Counted from the stretch's first letter, positions 47,928 through 58,604 are shown. The stretch: 64,000 nucleotides of DNA from Candidatus Thorarchaeota archaeon (GCA_016933575.1 JAFGAR010000064.1:64001-128000); one strand, 5' to 3'. The notes: a model not told the origin generated them from the sequence alone. Numbers and translations are program-made.

Positions 47928-49142
47928 ATGGCCATAGACGAAACTTCACAGAGTACAGAAAAATCTGAGACTGCTCTTCAACTAGATCCTACAATCGTAC
48001 TGGATGTTCGTGATCTTAAAACGAACTTCTATACATATGAAGGAGTTGTGAAGGCCTTGGATGGAGTTACAGTTCAACTACGAACTGGAGACACTCTTGC
48101 GTTAGTAGGTGAAACTGGGTGTGGCAAGAGTGTAACTGCAAAGTCAATCATGCGGCTCGTCGACTCCCCCGGAAGAATTGAAGCTGGACAGGTTATCTTT
48201 CAGGACATTGAACCTGATGGTGAACATGTCTTCAAGGATCTTCTGAAAGTCTCCGAAGCTGAGATGAGGGAGATTCGTGGTAATAAAATCTCTATTGTCT
48301 TTCAAGACCCTGCAACCTATCCGAATCCCGTATTCAAGATAGGTGACCAGATTGCTGAAGTCATTGCTCTTCATCAAGACCTATCTCTGGAGATTCTCCA
48401 GGACAAGATAGAGTCAATGGAGGAAGCGTTGAAACATGCTGATGGTCCTACTGCTGACGATATCTCAATCCGTCTTGAAGAACTCCGAGAGCAACTCAGC
48501 TCTCCTCCAAAACCAACAGACTCAGAAACAAAGAAAGCAGCCAAACGTAAGGCAATTGAGATGCTTAATCTCGTCCGAATGCCTTCTGCAGCTGAGATTG
48601 CCAACCAGTATCCTCATGAACTATCTGGTGGAATGCGCCAGAGAGCTCTGATTGCTATGTCGTTATCATGTAATCCACGGATTCTGATAGCCGATGAAGC
48701 AACGACAGCATTAGATGTAACAGTTCAAGCACAGGTGCTCAAGCTGCTTAATGAACTCAAATCAGAACTCGATGCATCTATCATCATCATTACTCATGAC
48801 CTTGGTGTTGTTGCTGAAACGTGCACTCAGGTGGCAGTAATGTACGCAGGTGTGGTTGTCGAATACACCAATACTGAGGAGTTGTTTTCTGATCCGATAC
48901 ATCCCTATACTTCAGGTCTTCTTGATGCAATTCCCAAGCTTACTGTGAAAGTGGAGAAACTGTCGCAGATTATGGGCACTGTACCTAATCTGATTAATCC
49001 ACCAACTGGATGCAGGTTCCATCCACGATGTGAGTTTGCTACAGAACAATGTAAGCAACAGAGACCTCCACGAGAGGAAATGAAACCTGGTCATTGGGTT
49101 GAATGTTGGCATCCTCAGGGTTCAATGCTACGGAGGAAATGA
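47928..49142 (+). CDS. oppD: Peptide ABC transporter ATP-binding protein (OppD/DppD)
   Basis: [39 protein letters not shown]. Confidence 0.95.
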   Translation: MAIDETSQSTEKSETALQLDPTIVLDVRDLKTNFYTYEGVVKALDGVTVQLRTGDTLALVGETGCGKSVTAKSIMRLVDSPGRIEAGQVIFQDIEPDGEHVFKDLLKVSEAEMREIRGNKISIVFQDPATYPNPVFKIGDQIAEVIALHQDLSLEILQDKIESMEEALKHADGPTADDISIRLEELREQLSSPPKPTDSETKKAAKRKAIEMLNLVRMPSAAEIANQYPHELSGGMRQRALIAMSLSCNPRILIADEATTALDVTVQAQVLKLLNELKSELDASIIIITHDLGVVAETCTQVAVMYAGVVVEYTNTEELFSDPIHPYTSGLLDAIPKLTVKVEKLSQIMGTVPNLINPPTGCRFHPRCEFATEQCKQQRPPREEMKPGHWVECWHPQGSMLRRK

Positions 49143-49145
49143 ATT

Positions 49146-50186
49146 ATGTCGTATGGAGTACACGGTGATAAACTAATAGAAGTCAAGAACCTGAAGAAAT
49201 TCTTTCCTCTAAGTGGTGGAGTGTTTAGAAAGGTTCTCGGTTATGTGAGAGCTGTTGACGATATCTCTTTTGATATCTTTAAGGGTGAAACACTTGGTCT
49301 TGTTGGCGAATCCGGTTGTGGAAAGACCACAGCTGGTAGAACAATTCTAAGGTTGATTCCTGCGACAGCGGGTGAGATTCTCTTTGAAGGAGAAGACATT
49401 GTTAAGATGAAGCGAGGAGATCTAAAAGATCTCCGACGTAACATGAGTATTGTCTTCCAAGATCCCATGGCATCTCTTGATCCTCGTTTGACTATCAAGA
49501 ATGCTGTTGGTGAACCTCTTCTTGTGAACGGAATTGCGCGTGGTCACAGACTGCGTAATATGGTACTCGAGCTTCTTGAGAAAGTTGGTCTGAATGAGGA
49601 TCACCTGAATAGATTCCCTCACGAGTTCTCAGGAGGTCAAAGACAAAGAATCTGCATAGCGCGAGCTCTTGCTTTGAGACCAAAATTCATTGTAATGGAT
49701 GAACCAACATCCAGCACTGATGTCTCAGTTCAAGCTCAGACATTGAATCTTATGAAGGACCTACAGAAGGAGTTCGACCTTACTTATCTCTTCATCAGCC
49801 ATAATCTCAGTGTAGTAAAACACATGTCTGATAGAGTGGCTGTGATGTATTTGGGTAAGATTGTCGAAATGACTCCCAAGGATATCTTCAAGCAAGCTAT
49901 GCATCCATACTCTGCTGCACTAGTATCAGCAGTTCCTGTTCCAGATCCATCTCTGAGAGGACGTGCCGAGGTTCTAGCAGGGGAAGTACCAAGTCCTATC
50001 AACCCACCAAGCGGTTGTCGATTCCATCCTCGATGTAGGTTTGCTACAGAACGATGTAGTGAAGAAATTCCAGAGCTTCGCGATATGGGTGATGGTCACC
50101 TTGTGGCATGTCACTATGCTGGAGAGCTAGATCTTGGACATATTGAGGAATTAATTCCTGAAAGTGGAACAACTGTTCAAGTGTAG
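49146..50186 (+). CDS. oppF: Peptide ABC transporter ATP-binding protein (OppF/DppF)
   Basis: [39 protein letters not shown]. Confidence 0.95.
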   Translation: MSYGVHGDKLIEVKNLKKFFPLSGGVFRKVLGYVRAVDDISFDIFKGETLGLVGESGCGKTTAGRTILRLIPATAGEILFEGEDIVKMKRGDLKDLRRNMSIVFQDPMASLDPRLTIKNAVGEPLLVNGIARGHRLRNMVLELLEKVGLNEDHLNRFPHEFSGGQRQRICIARALALRPKFIVMDEPTSSTDVSVQAQTLNLMKDLQKEFDLTYLFISHNLSVVKHMSDRVAVMYLGKIVEMTPKDIFKQAMHPYSAALVSAVPVPDPSLRGRAEVLAGEVPSPINPPSGCRFHPRCRFATERCSEEIPELRDMGDGHLVACHYAGELDLGHIEELIPESGTTVQV

Positions 50187-50269
50187 TAATAAAATGAAAG
50201 ATGTGAGCGTACCTTACGAATACCTGATAAGGACACGCTCTCATCATGTATTTCGGAGGAAATGACAAG

Positions 50270-50485
50270 TTGTCTTTTGATGATGAACGAATTGAAGACG
50301 AGGAAATTCAGCAAGCAGTTGATTGGCGTCACTATGGCGATCATGATCAATCTACTTCACCGGATCTTGAGGGTAAGGATATACTAGCAATATTCATCGC
50401 ATCAATTCAAACAATTTTTCTCCCACTTGTCATCTTGGCTATCTTCATGTTTGTAATTGGAATTCTCTTTGGCACCTTTTTCTAG
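50270..50485 (+). CDS. Small hypothetical membrane protein
   Basis: GGAGG SD before TTG 50270; acidic N-terminus and hydrophobic C-terminus. Confidence 0.6.
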   Translation: MSFDDERIEDEEIQQAVDWRHYGDHDQSTSPDLEGKDILAIFIASIQTIFLPLVILAIFMFVIGILFGTFF

Positions 50486-50499
50486 CGAGGTAGCGAAAC

Positions 50500-50838
50500 T
50501 TGCTTATCAAAGATATCGAACGTGGCTTACTCATAGCTACAGGTCTACTTATTTTGGATCTAGTTATTGGATTCATTATCAATATAATCAATCCACTCAT
50601 TCTTGCTTCTTCAACAGCAGGTGGGATAGCATTCCTCGAAGTTGGTATTGCCTTAATTGTAGGCGGCTGTTTAATGGCTAGACAACCCTTGGATAATAAG
50701 GATCGCTACACTGACAGTGGAGAAGATACACCTGCATGGAGAATGGCAAAACTCGGCAGAGTTATTCTAGTTACTGGAGCAATCCTCTTCCTATACACTG
50801 CAATAATTGCTCTTGCAGGACTCTACTCAATATTCTAG
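50500..50838 (+). CDS. Hypothetical membrane protein (3 TM)
   Basis: GAGG SD; three hydrophobic segments. Confidence 0.7.
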   Translation: MLIKDIERGLLIATGLLILDLVIGFIINIINPLILASSTAGGIAFLEVGIALIVGGCLMARQPLDNKDRYTDSGEDTPAWRMAKLGRVILVTGAILFLYTAIIALAGLYSIF

Positions 50839-50846
50839 AGTGGAAT

Positions 50847-51614
50847 CTAGAGTTTCAATCCCTCTTCCTTCTTCCTTGTTTTCAGGAACAAATGCTTTAG
50901 AGTATATGCCCCTCCAATGAGGATAACTGGTCCGAGAACAAAGAAGACCATCAATGCAACAGGCATCGAAACAGTTGAGATTGGAACGAATAAGTATGTA
51001 TAGGCGAATCCTATGAACAATGTGAATGTATAAGCCAATACTGGAAATATCTCTTCTCCCCAAGGAGCAAGGCAAAGTGAAATGATTCCTATGATCATTA
51101 ATTTCTTTATCCATTTCTGGATTGATCTTTGAGATATTCTGGCATATGCTAGGTCTCCAATAGTTAGTGTTTCGCAATTTTGTTCCACTTGCCACTCGAA
51201 CAATTGATTTGAAACCTCTAACTCTCCTGGCCCTCGAATAACGAAGACTGATAGGATTAGGAGGACCAGAGACGTACCTATTAATTGGTAGCTCTGGAAG
51301 AGAATATAAACGAGGATAACAGGAATTAGCCCAAGAGCAACGCCTAGAATCAATGTTCCGGTCATTGTCCGATTCATCATGAAATTTCTGAATCCTTCAG
51401 ATGCCTTCAGATAGTCTCCATAGACGACATTCTTCATTATCCACCGATGTGACTCACAGTTCGTGTATTGCTTCTTACCAGAGGTGTCTGGTTCACCAAG
51501 ACGATTAACCAAGGGTATAATGAATTCATTGACTGAAACTGATTGTCTATACCAATAATAGGCTACTAACAAAGATAGAGCCCCAAGGAGGATAAGACCC
51601 ACTGTCATGAACAC
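50847..51614 (-). CDS. Hypothetical membrane protein
   Basis: 255-aa ORF with several TM segments. Confidence 0.75.
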   Translation of the reverse strand: MFMTVGLILLGALSLLVAYYWYRQSVSVNEFIIPLVNRLGEPDTSGKKQYTNCESHRWIMKNVVYGDYLKASEGFRNFMMNRTMTGTLILGVALGLIPVILVYILFQSYQLIGTSLVLLILSVFVIRGPGELEVSNQLFEWQVEQNCETLTIGDLAYARISQRSIQKWIKKLMIIGIISLCLAPWGEEIFPVLAYTFTLFIGFAYTYLFVPISTVSMPVALMVFFVLGPVILIGGAYTLKHLFLKTRKKEEGLKL

Positions 51615-51621
51615 CTAGAGG

Positions 51622-52449
51622 TCACCCTTTCATTTTTCTCTCAAGTACACCTAACCAGATGTCAACTAATAATCCTAAGTATGGTTCATCATTAGGAGTT
51701 ACACGTGAACCAACTAATAGATATACATCACCTAGCATCTTTGTTGGTTTTCTCTTACCAACCTTGAGTGTGACATCCTCGCCTGGTAATCTCACCAGAA
51801 AACCATGTTCATAGAATACTCTTGCTTGGTCAGAAAAATCATAGTCAAGATTCCCAATCGGTTCAGGATGCGTTATTAGTTCCGCTCGGTTCAAAAGTAC
51901 GTCAATGTAAAGAGATTCAAAAGCATAATTAGGAATTAGTCGTCTAGTATCAGGAAGTCCCCACTTTCTCATTGTCAGTTGACTTTGTTCAATGAACCCC
52001 GAAAAGTCTCCACCTTCTCCTTCTATCATAAGTCTTACGCAATCATCAAATGAAACTACAACATTGTTTGGCTGAACTTCCCATCTTTTGATACCCTTTG
52101 GATTGCTTATCTTTTCCGAGCTCTGATCCCAAGTGCAAAGCGGAATTGTTGACATCGCAAGCATCTTCTCAGGTTCCCAGATCTTACGCTCCATCATTTT
52201 CCATAATCTATCATTGACGACAAAGAGTGAGACCGAAACTGGTAGTAGTGCATTTACATTCTTCTTCAGAAAATCATCAATACCTCCAATAACGATCAGC
52301 TGGTCTATAATATTCTCTAATTGTTCATTGGAAATTATGACCTCATCATTGTTATCTAGAGCTACAGATTGCTTGTCTGTCAACCTAAAATCTATGTCAA
52401 ATTCATCTACTAGTTTTCGATATGCTTTTGCAGGATGTTCCGTTCTCAT
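51622..52449 (-). CDS. Hypothetical soluble protein
   Basis: 275-aa ORF, co-oriented and 7 bp from the next gene; no motif recognised. Confidence 0.75.
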   Translation of the reverse strand: MRTEHPAKAYRKLVDEFDIDFRLTDKQSVALDNNDEVIISNEQLENIIDQLIVIGGIDDFLKKNVNALLPVSVSLFVVNDRLWKMMERKIWEPEKMLAMSTIPLCTWDQSSEKISNPKGIKRWEVQPNNVVVSFDDCVRLMIEGEGGDFSGFIEQSQLTMRKWGLPDTRRLIPNYAFESLYIDVLLNRAELITHPEPIGNLDYDFSDQARVFYEHGFLVRLPGEDVTLKVGKRKPTKMLGDVYLLVGSRVTPNDEPYLGLLVDIWLGVLERKMKG

Positions 52450-52555
52450 TGCTTGTTCGTGTCACATAGAAGCTTAGAAAACAGTTTCGTTCAGGTCAAT
52501 TCCTAATTCATTCGGTTTCTTTCGATAGACCTAAAACCAATATAATGCTCATGAA

Positions 52556-53602
52556 TTGTCTGTGAGTAAAATGAACAAACTTTACGGACGTGACCTTATC
52601 ACAACACAGGATTGGAGTGTTGATGAGATTGAACAAGCTCTTAAGCTTGCTTTCGAATTCAAGGCTAATCGTTACGACCATCCTATGAACAATTGTCTAG
52701 ATCGTCGTACATTCTTCATGTTCTTCTATAATCCCTCTGTTCGAACTCGACAGTCCTTTGAAGCTGCAGCTACTGAACTTGGAGGACATGCCCAGTTCCT
52801 CGAGCCAAAATCAATGCGACTGAAATCATCAAAATCTGCTGGAGAGACTATAGAAGACGCAGCTCAGGTCATGAGTCGCTATGCTGTCGGAATTGGAATT
52901 CGAATTCTCGAAACTGCCATCGACTATTATGGTCAAGGCGATGAGTTACTCCGTCAGTATGCAGCCAATGCGAGTATCCCAATCGTCAGTATGGCTCATG
53001 ATAAATTCCACCCATTCCAAGGATTAGCTGATGTGATGGGATACAGACAACATGCTGGCAAGAATCTCAAAAGAAAGAAGATTCTTCAGGTGTGGGGAAA
53101 AGGAGCTCTTGTAAGGTCTTGGTGCAGTGTGCAGGAGAGTATCCTCATCAATTCTAGATTAGGAATGGATGTTACGCTTGCTTATCCAAAGGGTTATGAT
53201 CTTGATCCTCAAGTGATGAAATGGTGCAAAGAGAATGCTGAGGCAGCAGACAGCACATTCGAAATAGTTCATGATTTGGAGGAGGGTTACAAAGATGCGG
53301 ATATTGTGTACTCAAGGAACTGGATGACATCGAATTTCTATGATGATATGGCGAAGCATGGTGTTGATGAAGCAAAGAAGAATGAGATAGAGATCGCTGC
53401 TAAATATGATGATTGGATCACAACCAAAGATTGGATGTCAAGAACCAATGATGCATTCTTTACGCATTGTGGACCTGTTGACCGGAATGCAGAAGTCACG
53501 GATGAAGTCTGTGATGGACCGCGGTCAATCGTTTATGATGTAGCAGAAGCTCGTCTCCACGTACAAAAGGCTGTAATGGCACTTACAATGGGAAAACAAT
53601 AA
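52556..53602 (+). CDS. Second OTC-superfamily transcarbamylase (AOTCase-like carbamoyl-phosphate site, atypical acceptor site)
   Basis: FYNPSVRTRQSF, HPFQGLAD, THCGP, VAEARLHVQKA. Confidence 0.85.
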   Translation: MSVSKMNKLYGRDLITTQDWSVDEIEQALKLAFEFKANRYDHPMNNCLDRRTFFMFFYNPSVRTRQSFEAAATELGGHAQFLEPKSMRLKSSKSAGETIEDAAQVMSRYAVGIGIRILETAIDYYGQGDELLRQYAANASIPIVSMAHDKFHPFQGLADVMGYRQHAGKNLKRKKILQVWGKGALVRSWCSVQESILINSRLGMDVTLAYPKGYDLDPQVMKWCKENAEAADSTFEIVHDLEEGYKDADIVYSRNWMTSNFYDDMAKHGVDEAKKNEIEIAAKYDDWITTKDWMSRTNDAFFTHCGPVDRNAEVTDEVCDGPRSIVYDVAEARLHVQKAVMALTMGKQ

Positions 53603-53607
53603 TTTTT

Positions 53608-53627
53608 GAAAGGGCTTCGGCCCTTTC
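53608..53627. terminator. cUUCGg hairpin, probable terminator
   Basis: GAAAGGGC-TTCG-GCCCTTTC immediately after the stop codon; weak U-tract. Confidence 0.6.
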
Positions 53628-53838
53628 TATTAGCCTTTCCAGTTCATTCTACTCAATTCTTTATTCAAACAAATTGTTTAAGCAAGACGTATATATCAGA
53701 GCTATATATTATACATTATCGAGCCGGGAGAAATCCAATCGCAACTATTGGATATGTAACTCTGAGAGAGAAGCTACATAGTTCAATTACTAGACTTGGT
53801 ATGGGAATGCTCATGTGGGCGCAATCTGCGCTCACACC

Positions 53839-54924
53839 TTATTCTTCAGATATTTCGCTCCATCGATGACATCTAATCCAGTGGTCTGGTTCAACTTCTC
53901 TATCTTCTGGCACTTGTTCCTTACAGATATCAATTGCATATTGACAACGTGGATGAAATGGGCAACCTGTTGGTAAACATGCCAAGTCTGGCGGATCGCC
54001 AGGAATCCCTCGAAGGCGTGGTCTTTTGCCTGCTTTCATTTGCATCATTGCTATCGTTGGAAATGATGACATCAATCCCATGGTGTATGGATGTCGAGGA
54101 TTGTGAAACATCTGAACTGCAGGTCCCGACTCTAGAATCTTTCCGCCATACATTACAGCTACGCGATCTGCTAGTTCTGCAATGACTCCTGCATCATGAC
54201 TGATTAAGAGAAGAGAAACGTCGAACTCTTCTTTTATCATTCTCAGAACGTTCAGTATCTGTCGCTGCATTGTGACATCTAAGGCTGAAGTTGGTTCATC
54301 TGCTATCACCATGTATGGTCCAGCTATCAGTGCCATAGCTATCAGAATTCGTTGGCTCTCTCCACCACTGAAGCAGCCTGGATCTAAGACAAACCTGATT
54401 CCTGCATCAGCAAGTTGAACGATTCCAAGATATTCAAGAACTTTCTTTTTGAGTTCGATAAGCCGTATGTCTTCCTCATGGACTTCTATTGGCTCTGCAG
54501 TCTGATGACCTATGCTATGTTGTGGATTCAATGCATGTCCAAGTCCTTGAGGTATCATACTTATTTCCCTACCACGAATCTTGACGAGTTCCTCTTGTGG
54601 AAGTCTTGTTAGTTCTTTTCCCCTGAATGTTATTTTACCACGAATCCCCGGTCTATCAATCTCCCCATCAAGACCCTTATCGAATGCTTTTCTGAGATTT
54701 GGATCATTTGAAGCACCAGCTGCAAATCTAGCAACTTTTTCAAAAAGTCCAATGATTGAAAGTGCCATACTAGTCTTTCCCGATCCACTCTCTCCTAAAA
54801 GACCCAGGCACTCGCCTTCCTTGACTGTCAATGATACATCATCTACAGCCCGAATAAGGCCTTTATTCGATGGATAGTATGCCTTCAGATTTTCAATGAT
54901 GAGTATCGGATCACCCTTAGTCAT
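53839..54924 (-). CDS. Orphan OppD-like ABC ATPase
   Basis: GESGSGKT, FSGGESQR, IADEPTS, ISHD, GCPFHPRC. Confidence 0.9.
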   Translation of the reverse strand: MTKGDPILIIENLKAYYPSNKGLIRAVDDVSLTVKEGECLGLLGESGSGKTSMALSIIGLFEKVARFAAGASNDPNLRKAFDKGLDGEIDRPGIRGKITFRGKELTRLPQEELVKIRGREISMIPQGLGHALNPQHSIGHQTAEPIEVHEEDIRLIELKKKVLEYLGIVQLADAGIRFVLDPGCFSGGESQRILIAMALIAGPYMVIADEPTSALDVTMQRQILNVLRMIKEEFDVSLLLISHDAGVIAELADRVAVMYGGKILESGPAVQMFHNPRHPYTMGLMSSFPTIAMMQMKAGKRPRLRGIPGDPPDLACLPTGCPFHPRCQYAIDICKEQVPEDREVEPDHWIRCHRWSEISEE

Positions 54925-55151
54925 TAAAGCACCAGTGGCGGCGGTGGTTTTTCAGTTAATAAACAGTATCAAAGGAGCATTATAGGGATACCTTACAGAT
55001 ATTCTTAAACGGTGTTCTGTTTGACTAAGAAATAACGTAAAGACATCTCCTATGTCGGAGTAGGTCATACAACCTATCCTATTAGATTAATCCACGAACG
55101 CCTTGATGAAGGCTCTAATTGACAAGGAGTTGTAATCGAGGCGTTTTAACC

Positions 55152-56288
55152 ATGGCACAAAATCGAGTATCTTGGGTTGATATTGCTAAAGCATTAGCTT
55201 TGATACTTGTTATTGCTGTTCATTCTATACCTCGAAATTTCTATTCTAGCATATTAACTGGTTTTGTAATGCCAGCATTCTTCATTCTTTATGGTGTCAC
55301 TCATAATGCAGACAAACACCGTGAGAATCTCACCGGTTATATTTACAACAGATTCCGTTCATTGATGATACCCTATGTTATTCTTTCCTTTGTCATGATT
55401 CTTATGTATACATTACTTTATCCCCAGATTGATTTTGGATTTACGCCCCTAGATACCTTGTTTTGGTTCTTCTATGGAAATGGTCCAATGGGTCGAATTT
55501 CTCACCTCTGGTTTCTCAGAACCATGTTTTTTGCTATCATTCTATTCTCTTTAGTTGACAAGTATCTTAACAATAAGCCTGAAATTTTGCGTTTCCCATT
55601 GATATTGGGTCTACCAGCAATTGGTGTATTTCTCAAGACTGCAACAGGGGTTGAACTAGTACCTTGGGGACTGGATGCTGTACTGATCTCGCTATCCTTC
55701 ATTATGATTGGTAATGAAATTCGCAAATTCGCTCATACATCGCCATGGACAGTAGATCCCATATTTGATGGGATTACAGTATTTCTGTCTCTGATTTTCT
55801 TCCTACTTCTCTCGATATCCAATGGATTTGTCAATATTGGTGAGAGTCTCTATGGTTTGTCGATATACACCTATTTACTGACGGGACTTCTTGGAACTTA
55901 TTGTTTAGGAATCATCTCATATCATCTGAGTAATCGAAGTTCTTTGCTTACAAAAGTTGCTCAAAGATGGAATCGATTTGGACAAGAGATTTACGAGCTT
56001 CATCCTCTCATAATAGAAGCTAACTATCAGTTTCTTGGAGGTCTTGTAGTCTTGAATGTTATAACCTACTACCCGGGTATACTCCTCTTTCTTGTCAATT
56101 TCTTTGCTGCTATGGTGGTCACATACTTTGCGTCTTCGAGAATCATATCAAAATCATCAATTCTTCGTCTTGCGTTTCTTGGTTGGAGTAGCACAAAACA
56201 TGTACCTACTAAGATAGAAGAGATTCCAACACAATCCATCTTAGAAGAACGGCAGGAGATTCTTGAAGAAAACGCTATATTAGAGTGA
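55152..56288 (+). CDS. Acyltransferase-3 family membrane O-acyltransferase
   Basis: RVSWVDIAKALALILVIAVH, FVMPAFFILYG, RFRSLMIPY, HLWFL, IYELH; start estimated at ATG 55152. Confidence 0.9.
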   Translation: MAQNRVSWVDIAKALALILVIAVHSIPRNFYSSILTGFVMPAFFILYGVTHNADKHRENLTGYIYNRFRSLMIPYVILSFVMILMYTLLYPQIDFGFTPLDTLFWFFYGNGPMGRISHLWFLRTMFFAIILFSLVDKYLNNKPEILRFPLILGLPAIGVFLKTATGVELVPWGLDAVLISLSFIMIGNEIRKFAHTSPWTVDPIFDGITVFLSLIFFLLLSISNGFVNIGESLYGLSIYTYLLTGLLGTYCLGIISYHLSNRSSLLTKVAQRWNRFGQEIYELHPLIIEANYQFLGGLVVLNVITYYPGILLFLVNFFAAMVVTYFASSRIISKSSILRLAFLGWSSTKHVPTKIEEIPTQSILEERQEILEENAILE

Positions 56289-56351
56289 AATGTGCCCTTG
56301 CCAAATTATTATTTAGTGGTTTGATTATCGAAAATGGAGGATTGACGAGGT

Positions 56352-57536
56352 ATGAAATCCGCAGTCTATTTCACTGACCGACAAGCCCGTTCTGACTTCA
56401 ACATGCTTGATAAGATTGAAATTGTTTTCAATAAACTCGGTCTTAAGAAAGCAATCAAAAAGAATTCTAAAGTGATGATCAAGACCCATTTTGGAGCCTG
56501 GGGTAACACGAACTATTTGCGCCCTGCCTATGTTCGTAAGGTTGTAGACTTGGTTAAGGCTCTTGGTGGGAATCCATATGTTGTTGAAACGTGTGGACTT
56601 GGGTATGGATCTGGCGGTGCATACGGAGGTCGAACAACTGCGCCAGAGTATCTCAGTATGGCTGCATTGAATGGATTTACTGAAGGTTCTCTCGGAGCTC
56701 CAATTCTCATGGCTGATGGATACTGGGGCAATGATGTACATCGAGTCAAGATAAAAGGTGAACATGTCAAACATGTTGATGTTGCAGCCGCTGGTTTAGA
56801 TGCTGACGTGATCATAGTTCTGACTCATGCAAAAGGTCATGGTTTGAGTGGTCTTGGAGGAACGATAAAGAACCTGGGAATCGGTCTCGTTGGCAAAAGT
56901 GGAAAGGCTGCCATGCATTTTGATGGTAAGGTTACAATTGATCCAGAGAAATGTCTCGGTCCAGATTGCTCCCTCTGTCTCAAGGTCTGTCCTGTCCGTT
57001 GCATTACAATGGAAGAAAAAGCAGTAATTGACTTGAACGCATGTATCGTATGTGGGCACTGCACTGGTGTCTGTTTACGAGATGCAAAAGCGAAAGCCAT
57101 CTCAACAAAATGGCGAACCCCCAAAGATCAAGCAGTCCGATTTGTAGAGAACGCACTTGGTGTGATTGAACTTATCGGGAGGGACCGTTTCTATTATCTC
57201 AACCTAGCAATAGACATCTCTGATAAATGTGATTGCTGGAATGTTGGAGCTCCGCTACTTGTCCATGATATAGGAATCTTTGGCTCCCGTGACCCTCTCG
57301 CTTTGGACCAAGCTACACTCGATGCGATTAACGAATCCAAACCTAATCTTGAATCTGAGGCTAAAGATGTCCATGAAGGTGATTGTATCTTTGCTATTGC
57401 TCATAATCAGAAAGATCCAAAGACTGGAGAACTACTTGACTTTGCTAAAATCCAACTAGAGCATGCAAAGAAAATGGGACTGGGAAGTCGTGATTATGAC
57501 CTTGTGACTCTCACTAAGAAACCTCCGAAAAGGTAG
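56352..57536 (+). CDS. DUF362-type Fe-S protein with ferredoxin insert
   Basis: IKTHFG, GGNPY, IMADG-like motif, THAKGHG..GGTIKNLGIG, CSLCLKVCP / CIVCGHCTGVC, CDC, DPLALDQA. Confidence 0.88.
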   Translation: MKSAVYFTDRQARSDFNMLDKIEIVFNKLGLKKAIKKNSKVMIKTHFGAWGNTNYLRPAYVRKVVDLVKALGGNPYVVETCGLGYGSGGAYGGRTTAPEYLSMAALNGFTEGSLGAPILMADGYWGNDVHRVKIKGEHVKHVDVAAAGLDADVIIVLTHAKGHGLSGLGGTIKNLGIGLVGKSGKAAMHFDGKVTIDPEKCLGPDCSLCLKVCPVRCITMEEKAVIDLNACIVCGHCTGVCLRDAKAKAISTKWRTPKDQAVRFVENALGVIELIGRDRFYYLNLAIDISDKCDCWNVGAPLLVHDIGIFGSRDPLALDQATLDAINESKPNLESEAKDVHEGDCIFAIAHNQKDPKTGELLDFAKIQLEHAKKMGLGSRDYDLVTLTKKPPKR

Positions 57537-57593
57537 AGCTAGTATGAGACTTCACTGTGAAGATTAATATCTAAGACTATATCGTTGCGTAGC

Positions 57594-58118
57594 ATGACAA
57601 ATCAGTCGTTTAGAGAGGAACTCATCCAAGCTCATTTAAAGATGAGAGCACATCTATATCGCATTATAGAAGGATTGACACAGGAGATACTTCTGAAAGA
57701 GATTTCAGACGAAGCCAGCTATCCCCATATGTTATCACTCATCTGGCATATCGGTGGTGCGGAGACCTACTGGTTTCACCGAGCAGGTCATGACATTGGA
57801 CCAAAATTTCAGATTGAGAAGTATGAAGATATTCAGAAGAATCTTCATGCAAATACTGAAGGTATCAGGCGAGTTGTTAGAGGGTGCGATGATGACCAGA
57901 TACAAATCATCTCTCCAACAGAAGATGGTGGACCCAGTGTAGCTTGGTGTGTTTTGAGAACCTACCAACATGGTCTGTATCATACTGCTCAGATCTCTAA
58001 GATTCGCCATATAATTGAAGAAATACCTCCATTGCGCACTGATGAAGACACTTGGAGTACTGGAGTAGATGCAGTCATTGAAATAATAAAGAAGTTCTCT
58101 CCTGCACCTCGCGAATAA
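57594..58118 (+). CDS. DinB/YfiT-family protein
   Basis: LIWHIGGAETYW and HGLYHTAQI His motifs. Confidence 0.85.
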   Translation: MTNQSFREELIQAHLKMRAHLYRIIEGLTQEILLKEISDEASYPHMLSLIWHIGGAETYWFHRAGHDIGPKFQIEKYEDIQKNLHANTEGIRRVVRGCDDDQIQIISPTEDGGPSVAWCVLRTYQHGLYHTAQISKIRHIIEEIPPLRTDEDTWSTGVDAVIEIIKKFSPAPRE

Positions 58119-58133
58119 TAGTTACACAGATTC

Positions 58134-58511
58134 CTAAGATTCATACTTTTTGATTTTTTTACGCAAAGTATAGGATCGGTACGTTCTGATTGGTGCCCAA
58201 ATAGTTAGTGGAGCAATCATGATGATTAGAATGAATGCCATCCAAAATCCATTCTGATAGATTGGATTCATGTAGAACAGCACCAAGAACGGAAGTAGTG
58301 TTGTTGAAAAAATTACAAAAAAGATTGAACTAACCAGAAAATCGTTAAAATGTGCAGCATCGTAACATCCACTTGAGCACCACATTCCCCTTCGAAATAT
58401 ATCGTTTTTCCAATCTTCCCCCTCAAGAGATCCACACCATCTGCACCTTACTGCTTTCTTTGGGTCCACTGTGACCAACAAACTGACCCTCCTTTGAACG
58501 ATTAGTGGCAA
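58134..58511 (-). CDS. Small membrane protein with N-terminal Cys4 zinc finger
   Basis: CRWC..WCSSGC followed by 2 TM. Confidence 0.65.
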   Translation of the reverse strand: MPLIVQRRVSLLVTVDPKKAVRCRWCGSLEGEDWKNDIFRRGMWCSSGCYDAAHFNDFLVSSIFFVIFSTTLLPFLVLFYMNPIYQNGFWMAFILIIMIAPLTIWAPIRTYRSYTLRKKIKKYES

Positions 58512-58604
58512 TAACCGAAGAGATGGAATCCAACAACTCGTATGAATGAAGATTTTTGAACTTTGTTAGTGTTCATTGTATCTATTCAAATCAGCGAGAG
58601 TTAC

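Noticed and set aside
53606-53869. 87-aa ORF
   Set aside because: Starts within a terminator hairpin, overlaps the convergent gene and has no motif; likely spurious
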